A stretch of DNA of 64,000 nt from Callorhinchus milii (Eukaryota), in the NCBI RefSeq assembly GCF_018977255.1, contig NW_024704743.1, positions 49,788,001 to 49,852,000 on the forward strand. Direction: 5' to 3'. Positions 47,001-61,574 of the stretch are shown in pieces. A program made the translations under genes and the position numbers. The notes below the pieces were generated by a model. The model was not told where the DNA came from, did no database searches, and saw nothing but the letters and a program-made list of their open reading frames with translations. Within the stretch, counting starts at the first letter, position 1; every line of letters begins with the position of its first letter.

Positions 47001-49084
47001 ATTTGGGGATACTGGTCTACCTGATTCTGGGTTCGGGGCATTATTCCATAAATAAACCTGGAGAGGCAGTTAAACTGGGCTTGTAAATGGCAATGGAGCC
47101 CTCTTAACATTCTTGTCACTCGAAAATGATCTTCGCTAAAGCAGAATCATGAGTTGTGGGAAGGGGGTGGCTGGAAAGGGTATTTCAAAACTCCTTTTTA
47201 CCTCTGCCCCTAGAACCGGAATGCAACGTGTTTAGCAATGTTCCATTTTTAAACCACAATGAAAAATTGGAAGTAGTGGAAAACCTAAATAAAGCCAGAA
47301 AATGGTATACGTGCTGAGCAGGCTGATCATCACCGCAAAGGGAAAGACAGGCTTACTTCTAGCGTCACGCTTACTATACCTTTGATGAATGTACGCAACG
47401 GAACATTAACTTATCTTTCATTTTAAGACTTTGAATCATTGGCCCTGCATTTCTAGCATTTTCTTGTTTGGGAACCAAGATTAGATACCCTTATTGCTCA
47501 GAGTTAGCAATGATTTGGTTTTGTTTTTACACAGTGACAGTGATATGTTCTTCAATCTGATGAAGTATGGCTCAGTATAGCTCTCTCCATAGCCAAGAAA
47601 GCATCAGTCAGCACATGCCTCATCTATCATACCATACATCAATTCTGTTACATGCCATGTTACATCAGTCATGTGCTTCACAGAGATGACATTGGTAAAT
47701 TAGATACAGTTCTTAGATGGCTTTTAACGTGTAGACTGAATGGCTATTGCACTTCGAATTGTATCCGCCAAAGATGTTTGGAACCTTAAACAACTGTCAT
47801 AGAAAGATGCCATAATCTCCTTTCCCTGAGAAAGATTCAATCCAGAACAGGAATTGGCAATGATGGATTGCCATAGCTATCCAACTGTGACATTTCATTT
47901 TTGTAATGCAACATCTTAAACAAGATTTTTGTAGGTAGCTACAGATTTAGCTACAGCTACAAGTTTTGTAGTTTCATGCATAAAAATCATACATCTTTCT
48001 TGCTATTTCTCCTCAATGATGTTAGGGGGCCAATTTAGGGACTGGTGGTACTTTCTTATAAATTTTTCAAACTTTAGCATGTTCAATACCTTTGCACTAC
48101 AGAAACTGAATGCGTAATTGACTGATGCGTTTTGCCCAAGGATATGCAGTCAATTCACTTTACAGTATATTCTGTGAAGCACTTTGAGACGTCTAGAAAA
48201 TGTGAAAAACTCTATATCAAATGAAAGAATTATTATTATTATAAATAAACAATGTGCACTGGATGAATGCACATGTTATGGATGTTTTTTCTCTGTTAAA
48301 ATACACAATTAAGAGGAAGATTTTTTGACTAGGGAATATCATCAGCTGGGATTTCAAAACTGGGATCATTAAAGTGACAAATCTCTGATAGCAAGTAAAC
48401 ATATGAAACTTAGCAACAACAACAACAAAATTATATTTGTATAGCGCCTTTCACATCGGGAGGACATCCCAAGGCACTGGACAGTCAATGTTTCTGACCC
48501 GAGCTGGGTTCGGGGTTGGAGAGGGTGAAGGGAAGGGGGTTAAGGAGGGTGATCGAAGGCATGGTCAAACTGGAAAACAATTAAAAATTGTGGACAATTT
48601 AAAATGTTAGCAGGTAAAATGTTATCAACAGCTGGTTGATACCCTATCATTTGAAGCAATTTATTACACACCAGCTTTGATTACTCAGATGTAATTGTAA
48701 AATAAAATTTATGTTGAGCAATGATGAGACATCTGAGATATCTGAGAGGGGACCTTATAGAGATATATAAAATTTGAAATGGGAAAGAGCAAGTAATAAT
48801 AAATAATAATAATCCTTGCATTTGACGTAGCGCCTTATCATACCTTCAAGACATCTCAAAGCTCTTCACAGAAAATACTGTAAAGTGAATTTGATTGTAT
48901 ATTTTTTGGGCGAAACGCCGCAGCCAATTGCGCACAGCAGTGACCCATAAACAATCGTGGATTGAGTGACCATTTTTTTTAATGAATTATTACCCCCGGA
49001 AAAATGATCTGCCAATCGACTAACAACCGGGCTCCTACTTAATCCCAGAACAATACTTTCAGAAGCACCAAAACAGTGGAATAA

Positions 49085-49512
49085 GTAAACACAGATTTAG
49101 AGGCGCCAAGGCCAGTTTTGGGGCAGACACCAGGAACTACTTATTTTCCCAGAGGGTAATCTGTGATTGGAACAGCTTGTCAAGAAGGGAAGTTGAGGCC
49201 AAGACCCAGGATCATTTAAAATAAAGCTTTATCACAAGATCACAAGGTTGGTTTGGATGAAGAAGGCCCTTCTGATCTCATCCCTGCAGAGTACCCACCT
49301 TCCCATCCTCCCATTACAGCATCAAGCTGCTTTTTAAATGAATCCCACTATCTGGCTTCAACAACCCATCCCAGCAACCTGATCCATTTAGTAATTATCC
49401 TCTGAGTAAAGAAATCTTCGATGCTGTGATGGGAAGATGGCAGGGTGGGTATTGTGGAAGGATGAGATCAAAAAGGATGAAGGTCCTTCTTCATCCGAAT
49501 AAATCTTGTGGA
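49085..49512. mobile_element. CR1-like LINE 3' end interrupted by an inverted copy of the same family
   Basis: Plus-strand ttcccagagggtaatc...tggaacagctt (49085-49228) resumes gatgctgtgatggga at about 49420. 49232-49418 is the reverse-complement 3' end. Confidence 0.6.
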
Positions 49513-49837
49513 TATGAAAGAATTAGAGGGAAAATTGATAGAATTTTAAATCTCTTAATAGTCTGGCTGCCAAAAAGTCCCGTTTACCTGCCATGCAATT
49601 TAATGACTTGCCTGATCCGCAAATATAACAAAGACTCTTGAAATTCGCTTCTCATCAGCTTCTGTGTTTTGATTTCAGTTTATAGCAGGAGATTCAAACT
49701 GCTTGAAATAATCAAACTGATTGATTATTACACTTTGGGTGATCACGTATTGTATTGAAAATAACCATATACAGGCCTCCCTTGCCCGACTTCCTAGCGG
49801 GTAAAGTCAAACCCTGATGCAGCTCCAGGCCACCAGA

Positions 49838-50122
49838 TAATAATATTAATCCTTGCATTTGATATAGTGCTTTATCACATCATTGAATCATCTCAAAGGG
49901 CTTCACTGTACAGTGAATTGACTGTATATTTTGTGGGTGAAATGCGGAAGCCAATTGCACACAGCAGCGTTCCAAACAAGTGTGGATTGAATGGCAAAAC
50001 ATTTTTTTTGTTTGGGACGGATTATTACCCCAGGAAAGCGATCCGCTAATCGATTAACAACCGAGTTCCTACTTGCGGCTAGGTAAACAGAGGCTTGTGG
50101 AGTAAGGAAACTTGCCTAAGGT
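49838..50122 (-). mobile_element. SINE, long subfamily, 5'-truncated
   Basis: taatccttgcatttgatatag...gtggagtaaggaaacttgcc. A similar copy lies at 48785-49040(-). Confidence 0.85.
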
Positions 50123-51599
50123 TCAATGGGAAAATCAGAGATCTGAATCCTTGTTGATAATGAATTAGCTGATCTCAGCTGGGTCAGCAGTTGGGGCACT
50201 GCAATGGATGTCAGCCTCCTAGATTACGGAGGGAAAATTAATCAGTTGTCCTGCTGCTTATCCCTATCCATCAGTGGCCGACCTTTCAGCCATTCTGTCT
50301 CGGTTGTTTGGAATTCAATCCAGGAGTCCTTCCGCTTTGTCCCCTCCCACCCCATTTTAATGCCCACTTTAAGACCTACCTCTTAGACCACGCTTTTGGT
50401 CATCTTTTCCTCCACCCCGCCACCCCCCCATCCTGGGTGGCCAGCCAGCTATATAAAATGTTTTGAGATGTCCTCCTGACGTGAAAAGCACTAAATAAAT
50501 GTTAATTAGCTTGTCAAGTGGGCTGCAAAGGTTATTATTATTTGTGTGCAGACATTGGATGAAGAAATTGGTTGTGTTGTCCACATGTGGTTGAATAGCT
50601 TGCCAATAATTACTGTTAAGGCAAATGCATGAATAAGAGCCAATTCAGTGAGATACTGGAGGGTGTTCACTGGAACCTAATGCCCTGGAGAAGGAAAATC
50701 CTTGAGGAAGAGAGAACAAAATCAGAGGAGATAAAGAATCTTATTAAGTAAATGAAAAACTGTGCACAGGTAACCAATATATTCTGTTCAGGACTGAGCA
50801 TTGATAAATAAATACAAAAATAACTAGGAAATCTAATAGGGAATTTAAGAGGAATATCTTCATGCAGAAGGTGATGAGAATGTAAAACTCACTGCCAGAC
50901 ACTGTGGCTGTACCATCAAGAGGAAACAATGCATATATTAAACTATATCTGCTGCAGTTTCACCCATGTATACAGACTCTCCAGATCCCTCTTTGTTAAT
51001 GCACATTGATTCTTATCATTAATAGTGGTCCTGGTAACAACCCCTACAGCACACCACTAACAATTGAATGTTAGTCTTAACAATGTTTTATGCTTTATTG
51101 TAGTTTTAGAGATTCCATTTGATCTTATCCTTTATAAATTTCTATCTGGCTTTTGACACTGCATGACACTTGAATGGCAAAGGAAACTAACATTGAACAA
51201 GGCAACCTTTATAAAATGTTCATTAAAGCTCTTGCACTAATAAAAATTATGTTACTGTTCAATTTCTGAGTGCAGGCAGTGGAGCTCAGATAACTGTCTG
51301 ACCTTTCAATGCAGTGCAATTTAAGAATATCCCTGGCACTGAGTCACAGTAACCTGATTACACAGTTAACGAATGTAATAAAAGAGCAATGGGTGTAACA
51401 TGTTAGAGGTAAAGCAGTACAGGAAAATAATTGGTTTCTTTGAAAATGGGCAAGTGCCGTTGGAAAATATAATTATCAGTAACACATGTTAATAAAGGAA
51501 GATACAGTAAAAATATCAGGAGTGTATCTATAAAATCACACAATATTATACAGTAATGAGTTTGATAACTTTAAGATATGGAAGACTTATTATTTTTAC

Positions 51600-51749
51600 C
51601 TGCTGTCGCTTTTCAAACTCCAGTTTGATGCGGGATTTAATGCAGTTACATGTGTCCTGATAGGTCTGCTGTAGAGCCAGCTCCATCAAATGCTTGTGAT
51701 AAGCTCCTGCCAGATTGCCGCAGATGAAAATTATGACATTTGCCAAGAT
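51600..51749 (-). CDS. ADCY2: Adenylate cyclase type 2, internal coding exon (human exon 4 equivalent, 150 bp)
   Basis: Translates ILANVIIFICGNLAGAYHKHLMELALQQTYQDTCNCIKSRIKLEFEKRQQ, matching my recollection of vertebrate ADCY2. Acceptor TAG at 51752-51750, donor GTAAAA at 51599. Phase 0/0. Confidence 0.96.
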
Positions 51750-52689
51750 CTAGATAAAACCAAATCAATAAAAGGCTTTTACAGTACTGACACCAGTTTT
51801 GAAAACAATTTTTTCTTAATCCATTGCTTTTTATTCCCAAATTACTGAACTGGGAGCATTCAAAATAAAACCCATTACTCCTTCTCAAGTATGAAAGAAC
51901 CTATTCAGCGTTAAAAGCAAATCCTGCATTAACCTTTTGGAAAGCAGGATTTCTATATATTTCTAGGATAAGCAGAATGTTAGTGACTGATAGAAAGGTT
52001 CATTTTGTTATAATAATAATCTTCACAATAATAATCAGAAGGATGTCCAAGGATATACTATAGAGCATAGTGACTGTGTGGGAGTGAGACAGTTTCAAAG
52101 TTTTAAGTGTTCTGAGGCTCTACCCTGTGTGGAGGGCGCTATATAAGTGCAAGTTGTTGTTGTGTATGTTTTGTGGGCGAACTTGGCATCCAATTTAAGC
52201 ACAGCAATGTTCCACAAGCAAGCCATGAAGGTGAATGACCTTTATGGATGTTTGTGCTTAATACTCCCTGGAGTTAGGTAAGAAACATACATTCCTGCAA
52301 GGAGAGAGTGCACATTCCATTCCAGACACAGGAATTTTTTCATGCGTAGGTGCATACATAAGTGGATCTCTGTCTGCTTTGGACACCCTTCAGCATGGTG
52401 ATGTGTTTCCGTATGTGTCAGACACACGGCAGATCAAATAAAAAGGAACATACATTCTTACAGCAAAGACCTTTTCCGCAGAATTAAATGAAATTTCAAG
52501 ACAGATAAATTTGTAGAGTTATTAGTTTTCATATCTGCAAATGTCACTGTGACTGTGACATTTTGGTGAAAAGTCATTTTTTCTTATATTTCAATATGAA
52601 TACTCGAGAAAAACAGTGCGTAATGTTAAATTAAACGAATTTAAGCAAAAGGAGTAAATATTGCAGCGTTTTCACACCACTAGCACATA

Positions 52690-53510
52690 AACAACAACAA
52701 CAACAATAACTTGCATTTACATAGCTCCCTTCACGTGGGGTAGTCTTGGAACGATTAACAGTGGCGGAGCCTGACACCGAGTTGGGGGGAAGGGGTGTGT
52801 ACAAGCAAGGTTAAAGAGAAATGTTTTCAGGCGTGACAATGGGGTAGAAGGAGGCAAGGACGAGGGAGACAGTTCCAAGGTTTTGGGGCGTAGTGGCTGA
52901 AAACCAGCCAAGCAGTGGTAGCAGGTGGTGGAATGGGGCAAGTTGGAAAGGTAAGGAGGTGCCAGGGCATGAAGGGATTTATAAACTAGTGTGAGGATCT
53001 TGAAGTCGATCTGCGACAAACAAGCTGTAAGACATTAGCAGACCTGGAGTCGCATCTGGAGGAGAAGTAGATTTGGGTGTCATCCACATACCTGTGGAAG
53101 TATATACCCTGTGTCTGTGGATGACATAATTGACACAGTATTCAATTGGCTGCTGCGTTTTGCCCACAGTATATATAGTCACTCCACTTTACTGGATATT
53201 CTGTGAGGCATTTTGAGATATCTCAAAGACGTGATAAGACACTATATCAAATGCAAGGATTATTATTTTATTGTTATGACATCACCCAGAGGAGCAGGTA
53301 AATAAGAAAGGGAAGAAAAAGAAGGGGACCCAGCCTTGGGGTACGCCGCTGGTGACCGGGTGGGAGCGTAGGAAAAAATGTCTGTGGAGATGAAGTTATA
53401 GCGGCTGGTTAAGCAGGACCCGAACCAGGCAAGTGTGGTCCCACTGAGGTGAATGAGGGAGGAGAGGTGGTTAAGGAGAATGGCATAAAAGACGGAATAA
53501 GACATTCTAA
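52690..53510 (-). mobile_element. Degenerate L2 LINE (RT and ORF2 C-terminus), interrupted by a SINE tail at ~53133-53275
   Basis: Peptides ILLNHLSSLIHLSGTTLAWFGSCL and IDFKILTLVYKSLHALAPPYLSNL are typical of L2 ORF2. A YADD-like remnant (tatgtggatgacacccaaatctac) and a (GTT)n tail are present. Confidence 0.8.
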
Positions 53511-54422
53511 ATCAGATAGTACTCAGGCACACCTTATTGTTTCTAGATCTGAACATGTTGTTTGGTGGTCTATGAAGTGTATATCACTAGAGAGAACTGT
53601 ACCACTAGACATTGATGTATATTTGTCAGGGGAATTCAGCACCATCTGAATCACGGTTTGTGTAAAACATGTATCATGCTTATAAACATTGCTCCTGTTT
53701 GCCAGTGACGAGAAATCATGGTGACTGCACCCAATGCCAAACCCACTCACTGAATATCATCTATTGGTAACTTCTTAAGGTTGAGAGAAGATTGGAAATC
53801 TTCAAACAAAGTGACATGTGACAGTGCTGCAGAGACGAGTGCTGGAGAGATTGGCAATACAAAGAAACCTAGGAACGTGCATGACTGGAATACATCACTG
53901 AGGTCTATCTGGCTGGCAGTAGATCTGAAATTCTGGATTTTGTAAAGCTGGATTCAAACCCAAAGTTCTAATGTTCTCACCTGTATTGTATCCCCAAGGT
54001 ACTGCTTCGGTTCTGACAAAGAGTCACGGTCAGAGTATTAACTCGTCTGCCTTTTTCAAAAGCTAATTTGTCTGCTGCAGTACTAAATGGTGTGTTCGAA
54101 ATTTCTGACTCTTTGATCTAAAGTTTATGCTTTTTTCTAGTGTGATAAGTTAAAACTCACTTAATCTAATGTTCAACTTGAATTTTATATTGTGTTCTGT
54201 ACATCAGAATTGCCAACCTTTTTAAATTACAAATGTCCTTGAGATGTACCCAAGAATTTCATTACTTTTTAGTAGCATCTTCACATTAACTAGATCAGAC
54301 TTTGCAACTAATTTCATTGATTTCTAGAATCTTAAAGATATTCACAACTGAATTTCAAGAAGTGGAAGAAGGAATAAATAATAATAATCATAATAATTTA
54401 TTATTATTATTTATTTATAATT

Positions 54423-54620
54423 GTTATTTTTTTTGGAAGGAATTATTACTCAGGGAAAAGCAATTTGCCAATCGACTGACAACCGGATTCCTAAGTAATG
54501 CTAGGTAAACAAAGGCGTGTGGAGTAAGGAAATTTACCCAACATTTCGCCCTGCCGCGAACCGAACCCAGATCTCTCACGTGCGAAACAAGTACTCTAAC
54601 CACTGAGCTATAGGACTCCA
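54423..54620 (-). mobile_element. SINE 5' half, long subfamily
   Basis: Minus strand GGAGTCCTATAGCTCAGTGGTTAGAGTACTTG...GGTTCGGTTCGCGGCAGGGCGAAATGTTGGG. Confidence 0.85.
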
Positions 54621-54689
54621 CACACCATGAAGTGATAGGATAGTTACTTTCAGTTAGTTGTTAGATGTGTATAAACTTTCATAATAAGG

Positions 54690-55430
54690 GAATCAATGAG
54701 TAAACATTTAGAATGGATTAATCGGGGACAGCACACTTACATTTTTAAAGGCAGCCATTTCCAACTAATAGACTGGGAAGTTTTTTGAGGAAATAACAGA
54801 ATGTGTAGATAAAGGGAATGGACTCAACATTTATATGAAAGGATTGACAAGTTGCCACATAACCTTGCTGCAAAAATGAAGACACATGGCATTTAGGGGA
54901 CTGGTAGTAGAGGGTAGAGATAAAGGGATGTTTTTCGGATTGACAATTGTCAGTAATATGTCCGCTCAGTTTCTATAAAGATTATTTATAAATGAACAAT
55001 CTGGATTTTGATGTAAAAGAGCATGTCTAAGTTTGCTGATGATGATAATAAGTTAGTGAGCATGGCATAATTGGAGAAGAATGTGGAAGATTACAGGAGG
55101 TCATGGATAGTTAGCGGACTGGACAAATAAGAGGCAAATTAGTTCAAAAAACAAATGTGAATCAGTGTTTTTGGGAGAAAGAAAAACAAAAAAACTATCC
55201 TTATTGGTAACATTCTTAACAGAGTTGAGGAGCAGAGAGACGTTGGGGGTACAGATACGTAGGTGGGAGTGCAAATAGACAATTCTAATACAGAGGGGAC
55301 AATGAACCATGAGCTAGCAGGTAATGTCATATTTATATGACACTGTTTAGTTCTGCAAGTGGAATACTGCATCCAATTTTGGCCACACATTATAGAAAGG
55401 ATATACAGCAGATATTCACTAAATTGATAT
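54690..55430 (+). mobile_element. Highly degenerate CR1 LINE RT fragment
   Basis: tttttgaggaaataaca...gtagataaaggg, aagtttgctgatgat (KFADD) and gaatactgcatccaattttggcc (EYC-QFW) remnants. Confidence 0.7.
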
Positions 55431-57479
55431 TGTAACCTGGATGAGATTATTAGATTACAAATTCCAATGTTGTGCCTTCAACCACCCTTCCTAGGAACCT
55501 ATTCCTGTTAATTATCCTCTGAATAAAGAAGGTTGGGGCATTGCTAGCCTAACTGCATGACACCCGTTCGTGCCTCTCTTTAGGCTAACATTGAAGGGTT
55601 TGAAGAGTCAAACACTAAAATATATTTAGGATATTCAACTGTCCTAGTATATAGACATGGTTTAGTTTTCCTTGTAAGATACCGTCAATGAAACACAATA
55701 ACAATGCATTTCACCACATAATCCAATTGTACAAAATCAAGCAATCCTTTTAAATCCTTTGCTTGCAATCTGTCACAACACCTGGCAGTGTAAGAAAATC
55801 CCCAGTAAAAGGGAATGATAATGCCTTCACACAGTGTATATCAGAGAATGACATGGGTTAGAGTGAGTTTCAAGGATATAGGACACCTCAAAATTAAGTT
55901 GTTGATGTTTAACGGTTTGGGTGATGCCTCGCAGTTTATGATGTCAACCCAACCTTTCCTCCCTGGAAACAACTCCAAACTACGTGTTATTCTGTCGTTA
56001 GTGTAGATTGTATCCCTCAGCAATGACACTACAAGTCATCAATACTCTTTTATGGGTGTCATAATGCATCAAGGACAGGGGACACTGACAGCTACAAGCA
56101 AAATACTAAGTATGGTTAGAAAATAACCGATATATGGAATTGAGTTCAAGGCTGCAGTCTATACATGGAAATTAAATGGCATATACAAACTACTTAACCT
56201 TCCTTCTCAAGGTTTATGGCATCATCAGAATGCATTCTATTAAAGTACAACCTTGTTACCCACTCCCAAAAATCCACTGTGCTTCGTTGAAGCTTCCTTT
56301 GTTGTTTTATAGATGACTTCTGTAGCAAGTCATAAGGAGCCCTATCACAAACTATGAACTTTGTATTCTGTCTTTTGTTTCAAAAGACTTGTTTAATTTG
56401 AGTGCCATTAATAATATTAAAAATAATGGTCCTAGCTGTGACTGAATGGTATAAATCTAATTGAAGATTTCAAATATCATCCTAAACCATTAGTGAGGCT
56501 CAAGCAGTTTATAACTGATACCATATCTCTGAGATTAAATTACTACTTTGGAATAATTCCAGGCAACATTCTGATCTGTTTCTAATTGTCACAATGATGT
56601 TACTGTTTGATTTGGCTCCAATTCTGTGTGGTCAGCTGTTAATGTGATTATAATGTGCAAAGGCATTGATGTTGTTATAAAATGAAAATCTGTGATCTTG
56701 GAAATCTGAATTAAAATCAGGATAAGTACAGCAGGTCACATCAACACCTGGAAGAGGAGTTGTTAATATTTTGGTTCCGACCGTTCATCAGAACTAAAGC
56801 AGTGGTTTATCGGATAAAGGAGGAAAACAACTGGGGTTGAAAAAGCATTAGTTGGCAAAAGGGCAAGGTGACTTGTGATTTGGCACTGAAAAAAGGACTT
56901 CAGAATATAAAGTGCATCTCCGCCATGGAACCCAATGTACATTACATCAAACTCAGTTGCACATAAGACGTTCCATTGAAAATGACTAAAACTCGCACAA
57001 ACTGCATTTTTTTCATGTCATGAAACGAAAATATGAAAATATGGAATATGGACTATGACCTTAATTCTCAATATCAAAATGTTAGATTTATATTTCACTT
57101 GGATATTGTCATACTAGGTACTCTGATATACTGAGTTAAACTGTAACACAATATAGTTACTACATTGGTGACATTATTATGGACTTCATACAATTTTTTT
57201 GAGTTTTAAAATGTTAGCAGACATAATGTGAAATTTATAACACAGCAAAGTAACATTAAAACTGGAACTACTTTCCCAGCTAAAATATACTTCACTGCTG
57301 GAATCAGTGACTAGGGGACATAGTTAAGAACATAAGAAAATAAGAATTTGCTTGACGAATGAAGACCAAAGTCCATCCAGTTCACTTTCCACCAATCTGG
57401 CAGTCGCATGCACATGCCATGTCCCAAACTATGTTCTGTATCACAATAATAAGAACATAAGTTATAAGATAGCCACAAG

Positions 57480-57730
57480 AAGAGCAAAAGGATAATTTAG
57501 GAAAAATTGTTTCACCCAGAGAGTAGTTGGGATGTGGAACACCATGTAAAGTAGAGTGGTCCATTGTAGTTTTCAGGAGAAGTAGTCAGGCATATGAAGA
57601 GAGAGGCTTGAATGAGGTTTGGGGATAAGGTGGGGCAGTGGGATTGAAGTGATATCCTTGCTCTGTGAGACAGTGCAGGCTTGACGGGTCGAATGGCCTC
57701 CTCCTGCGCTATAGATTTCTATGTTTCTAA
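57480..57730 (+). mobile_element. CR1 LINE 3' end
   Basis: ttcacccagagagtagttgggatgtggaac...gggtcgaatggcctcctcctgcgctatagatttctatgtttcta. Confidence 0.7.
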
Positions 57731-59025
57731 AAGATACATTTTTGGAAAACACTTGTGCGATATGGTAGCCAGATTGACTCATTTTTTTCCTGAAGGTTGA
57801 ATTATACATCTCTGTGTATTTTGATTCCAAGTAATGAGCATTGATCGCAGAGAATAGTAAAGCTGCACGTTCTAACTTATTAAATCACTGCCCTCCAATT
57901 AAGCTACTTCCACCTAATATTGATCTAAAAATGTCAAGGCAAGGCAGCTAGAAGTTCTCGTTGAGATGCAGAGTGCTTGTGCTTTATGAGCCGCTCAGCA
58001 AGTGGCACCCAGATCCCAGTGTTAGAACTGACAGGACTGAATAGCCTCTGCAGTAGTGAAGCCCCTTCTCCCTGTCCCCACCTGGAGCTGGGAAGACAAC
58101 TGAGTGTATTGACTGATCAAACTGCACAACCATCACTGCTGGAGCTCAATCTGTTTGAAGATTAATTTTCAGGGCAGCCCCCACTTCCCCAACCAGTTTC
58201 TGTTAACAACTTCCCAACAAAATGAATCAAAGTATGAGAATAGAAGAAAAGAACAAGGAAATCTTTTGAAATTAGGCAACTGAGTGTTCAGCACTGCAAG
58301 CAGCAAACATCTGATTCCTTCTGTATAAGAATATTAAAGTGTACCATACGACACTGTCAACAATTGTGATATCAGCTACAATTTGTCTGCTGATATCCAA
58401 TTTAATGAATACTTTCATTAATTGCCATTCAAGACATAATAACAGAGTAAAAACATGCAGACTTGCTTAGCTGTCAGTGATGAGGATGATATAAAATAAC
58501 TGTTTTGGAGCAGCAGAAACAGCTAAGACTGAGGGGAGGATTTGGATGTGATATTGTTCCCTCCTGTCAATTCTCTCTCTCTTTAAAAATATTCCTTGCA
58601 ATAGCATTTAGTCTTCCACTGAAGATGGTACTTGGATTTTTTTTAGTGCCTTATTGCATCAAAACTTCTCACTTTGATTCTGCAGGTTTTGTTTCAGGTC
58701 TGGTGGATTCACACTTCAACAAATCCAAAAAAAAGAATAATTTCAGAACAACTGGCAGCCGAGTTTGACTGCAAATAAAGTCACTACACTTTACATTAAA
58801 AGCTGTGAAGCACTTTGAGATGTTTGGACGCGATAAGGTGCCATATCAAATGCAAGGATTCTTATTATTGATAAACATCAGAGGCAAGTAAACATATTTC
58901 AGAAGCAAAATTTGGAGAGTTGCCCACCCCCCCAAAAATACCAATAATGTAAGCGGTCATAGAAAAATATCAATTCTGAAACATTGGGATGAAAAAACAT
59001 TAAAAGTTGAGTTAATGTCTTATTT

Positions 59026-59306
59026 TGTAAGTGAGAGACCTGAGTTCAATTCCTTGCAGGGCGAAACCTTGGGCAAGTTTCCTTACTCCACACGCCTAAT
59101 AATAATCCCTCCAAAACCAAAAACAATAATAAATTGGTCATTTTCAATCCATGACTGTTTGTGGGACATTGCTGTGCGCAATTGGCTGCCGCGTTCGTGC
59201 ACAAATATACAGTCAATTCACTTTACAGTATATTCTGTGAAGCGCTTTGGGACGTCTAGAAGACATGAAAAGCGCTATATCAAATGCAAGGATTATTATT
59301 ATTATT
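59026..59306 (+). mobile_element. Young SINE, slightly 5'-truncated
   Basis: aagtgagagacctgagttcaattcc...aaatgcaagg(att)n. Confidence 0.9.
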
Positions 59307-61574
59307 TTGAACTGATGCTAAAATGTTGAGATTCTTAGCATCAAGATCCAATGTGGTTCTGGTTGTTTCATTAGCTGCAGAGATTGGGTTTTGGCCAAAA
59401 TTATTTTGACAAAGTGAGAGGGTAAAGATTGATTGTCCCGAGACTGTAAAAATAAAATCGGTCACTCAGTTCATGGCTGTTTGTGGGACATCGCTCTGTG
59501 CAAATTATCTGCCACATCTTCCTACAAAATATAATCACAACACTTCACTGTAAAGCCTGTGAAACACTTTAAGACACCCTCCCAACACGAAAGCTACTAT
59601 ATCAAATGTAAGAATTGTTATAAGGATTATTAATAGTGGGACATTTCCATCAATACTGAAAGGCTTTTCCGCAGGAAGATGGGGTATTGCACCTTCAACG
59701 CAACTGATCAACATGTCAATTATTAATGGGCCTCCTGTTTCAATGTGTAAATTAATTAACATAAACATCAGTTTTAACGCATCCCACACCACAACTGTCA
59801 CCACATGCAGTCATACAGGACCATAAAATAAATATAAATAATTAATAATCCTTTATTTGATATAGCGCCTTACCACTTCTACACGTCTCAAAGCACTTCA
59901 CAGAATATACTGTAAAGTGAATTGACTGCATATTTTGTGGGCGAAACTATGGTAAAGACAACATCTTACTCTGCCTCACATATCCCTCATCAAATTCTTT
60001 GCCTAATTCCCTCTTGAATATGCTGACTCTATCTGTCTACAAGGCCTTCGCTGCACAATCTATTCCACTACTCTCTGTATGTTCACCTTGTTATGGTCAC
60101 CTTGTTTTAATCAATGCTCTGCCTCTTTCTAATGATGTTTGCTGTCGATAATCTGTGTGTAAAATAAGACTCTTTCGCTTTAAGCTCAATTATAGTCGAG
60201 GGACCAGAATATAAATTTAAAGTGGTACAGCCTTGACAACATAAAGTTAGTGACCTGGGTGAGTGTTGCAACAGAAAAGGTGAGAAAGGGTCACGTGGGT
60301 GCTCCAGCATGATACACTGATACACTGAAAGGGAAGGAGATTGGAAATGGAGGGAAAAGGTATCAAGTGATGCATTGGAAAGGGGAGGAGTTAGAAAAAT
60401 ATAAAAGGGGGTTTGTTGAACTCGGAGTTGCTCTTTGCCTTTAATGTCATCAAGGAGGTATATGCCTGACCTGAGAGCCTTATCTCCAGGTCAAGATTGG
60501 TGCTTCTTTGTCTACTAACTTTGGGTAAAGCCACCAGTGTCATAGTTATAGTGTCAGGATTTTTTTTCTTAACTCTGCAACCATTTATCTTGTTCTGGGC
60601 AGTGTTAGTGAGGCATAGGGTTTTAAGGAACCATAAAACACCATTGAGTTTTCTATACAGTGCATCTTGAGTCTCTGTTAAATTCAAGGAGGGAGGAGGA
60701 GACACAAACAAGATACTGCAGAAGTCAGCTGTCTGGTAGTACAACGGATACTGACTGAAGCATCCCATTTTTGCGCTATAAGGCATTGCGATTACCTGTG
60801 TCGTGTTGATTTTCAGTTAGTGGAGTTTCACTCAGAGAGGGAACTTGCCTGACACAGAGAAGGATCTACAGAGAGGCCACTGAGCTCACCGTGCGCTTTC
60901 TCATAACCCTTTCTCGTATACATTTAGGGGTGAGAACCATCGCAACCTTCCTTCTTCTCTGTGTGAGTCATTGCTTCTTTTTGGTAGAGTTTCTGACTGT
61001 TAAAATGATTGGGGGCCTGTTTATACCTTTTGGATCTTAAAAAACTTCAATATATTCAATCGCCTTGAGGTTCTTTGATGTGAGTGTGTCCAACCTCATT
61101 AGCCTCTCTTTATAACTAAGATGTCTAATTCCAATTATCAATTTAGTTGCTCTTCGCTGTGGCAAGGAGTCCTGACAATAATATATTGTTCTCATTGGTG
61201 AATGCAACTTAATTGATATTCACAAAGCTTTTGTTGGAAAATCTACTGAGCTGAAGTAGAATATTAAGGAGCCAGTATTAGTTGCCTGTGCTGGCTCAAC
61301 AGATTCTTCAAGGTCTGTGGTTCACTTAACTTGCTCAGATTCGACAAGGCTGATCAGATTGCCTGGTTCACAATCACAGATGGCAATTGCTATTAGAGAA
61401 TTATCTGTTTTTTTTATTTACTTACACAAGAACAGAATTATTAAAGACAAGTTTGCGTTTAATTAAAATAGATCTGATCACCTTGCCAGAAGACAAGAGT
61501 GTGGCCCGAAGGTGCTATGTCTTATTAAGTGAATCCTGAGTATGTTTGCAACTGCGAGGCAACCTAAAATACAT

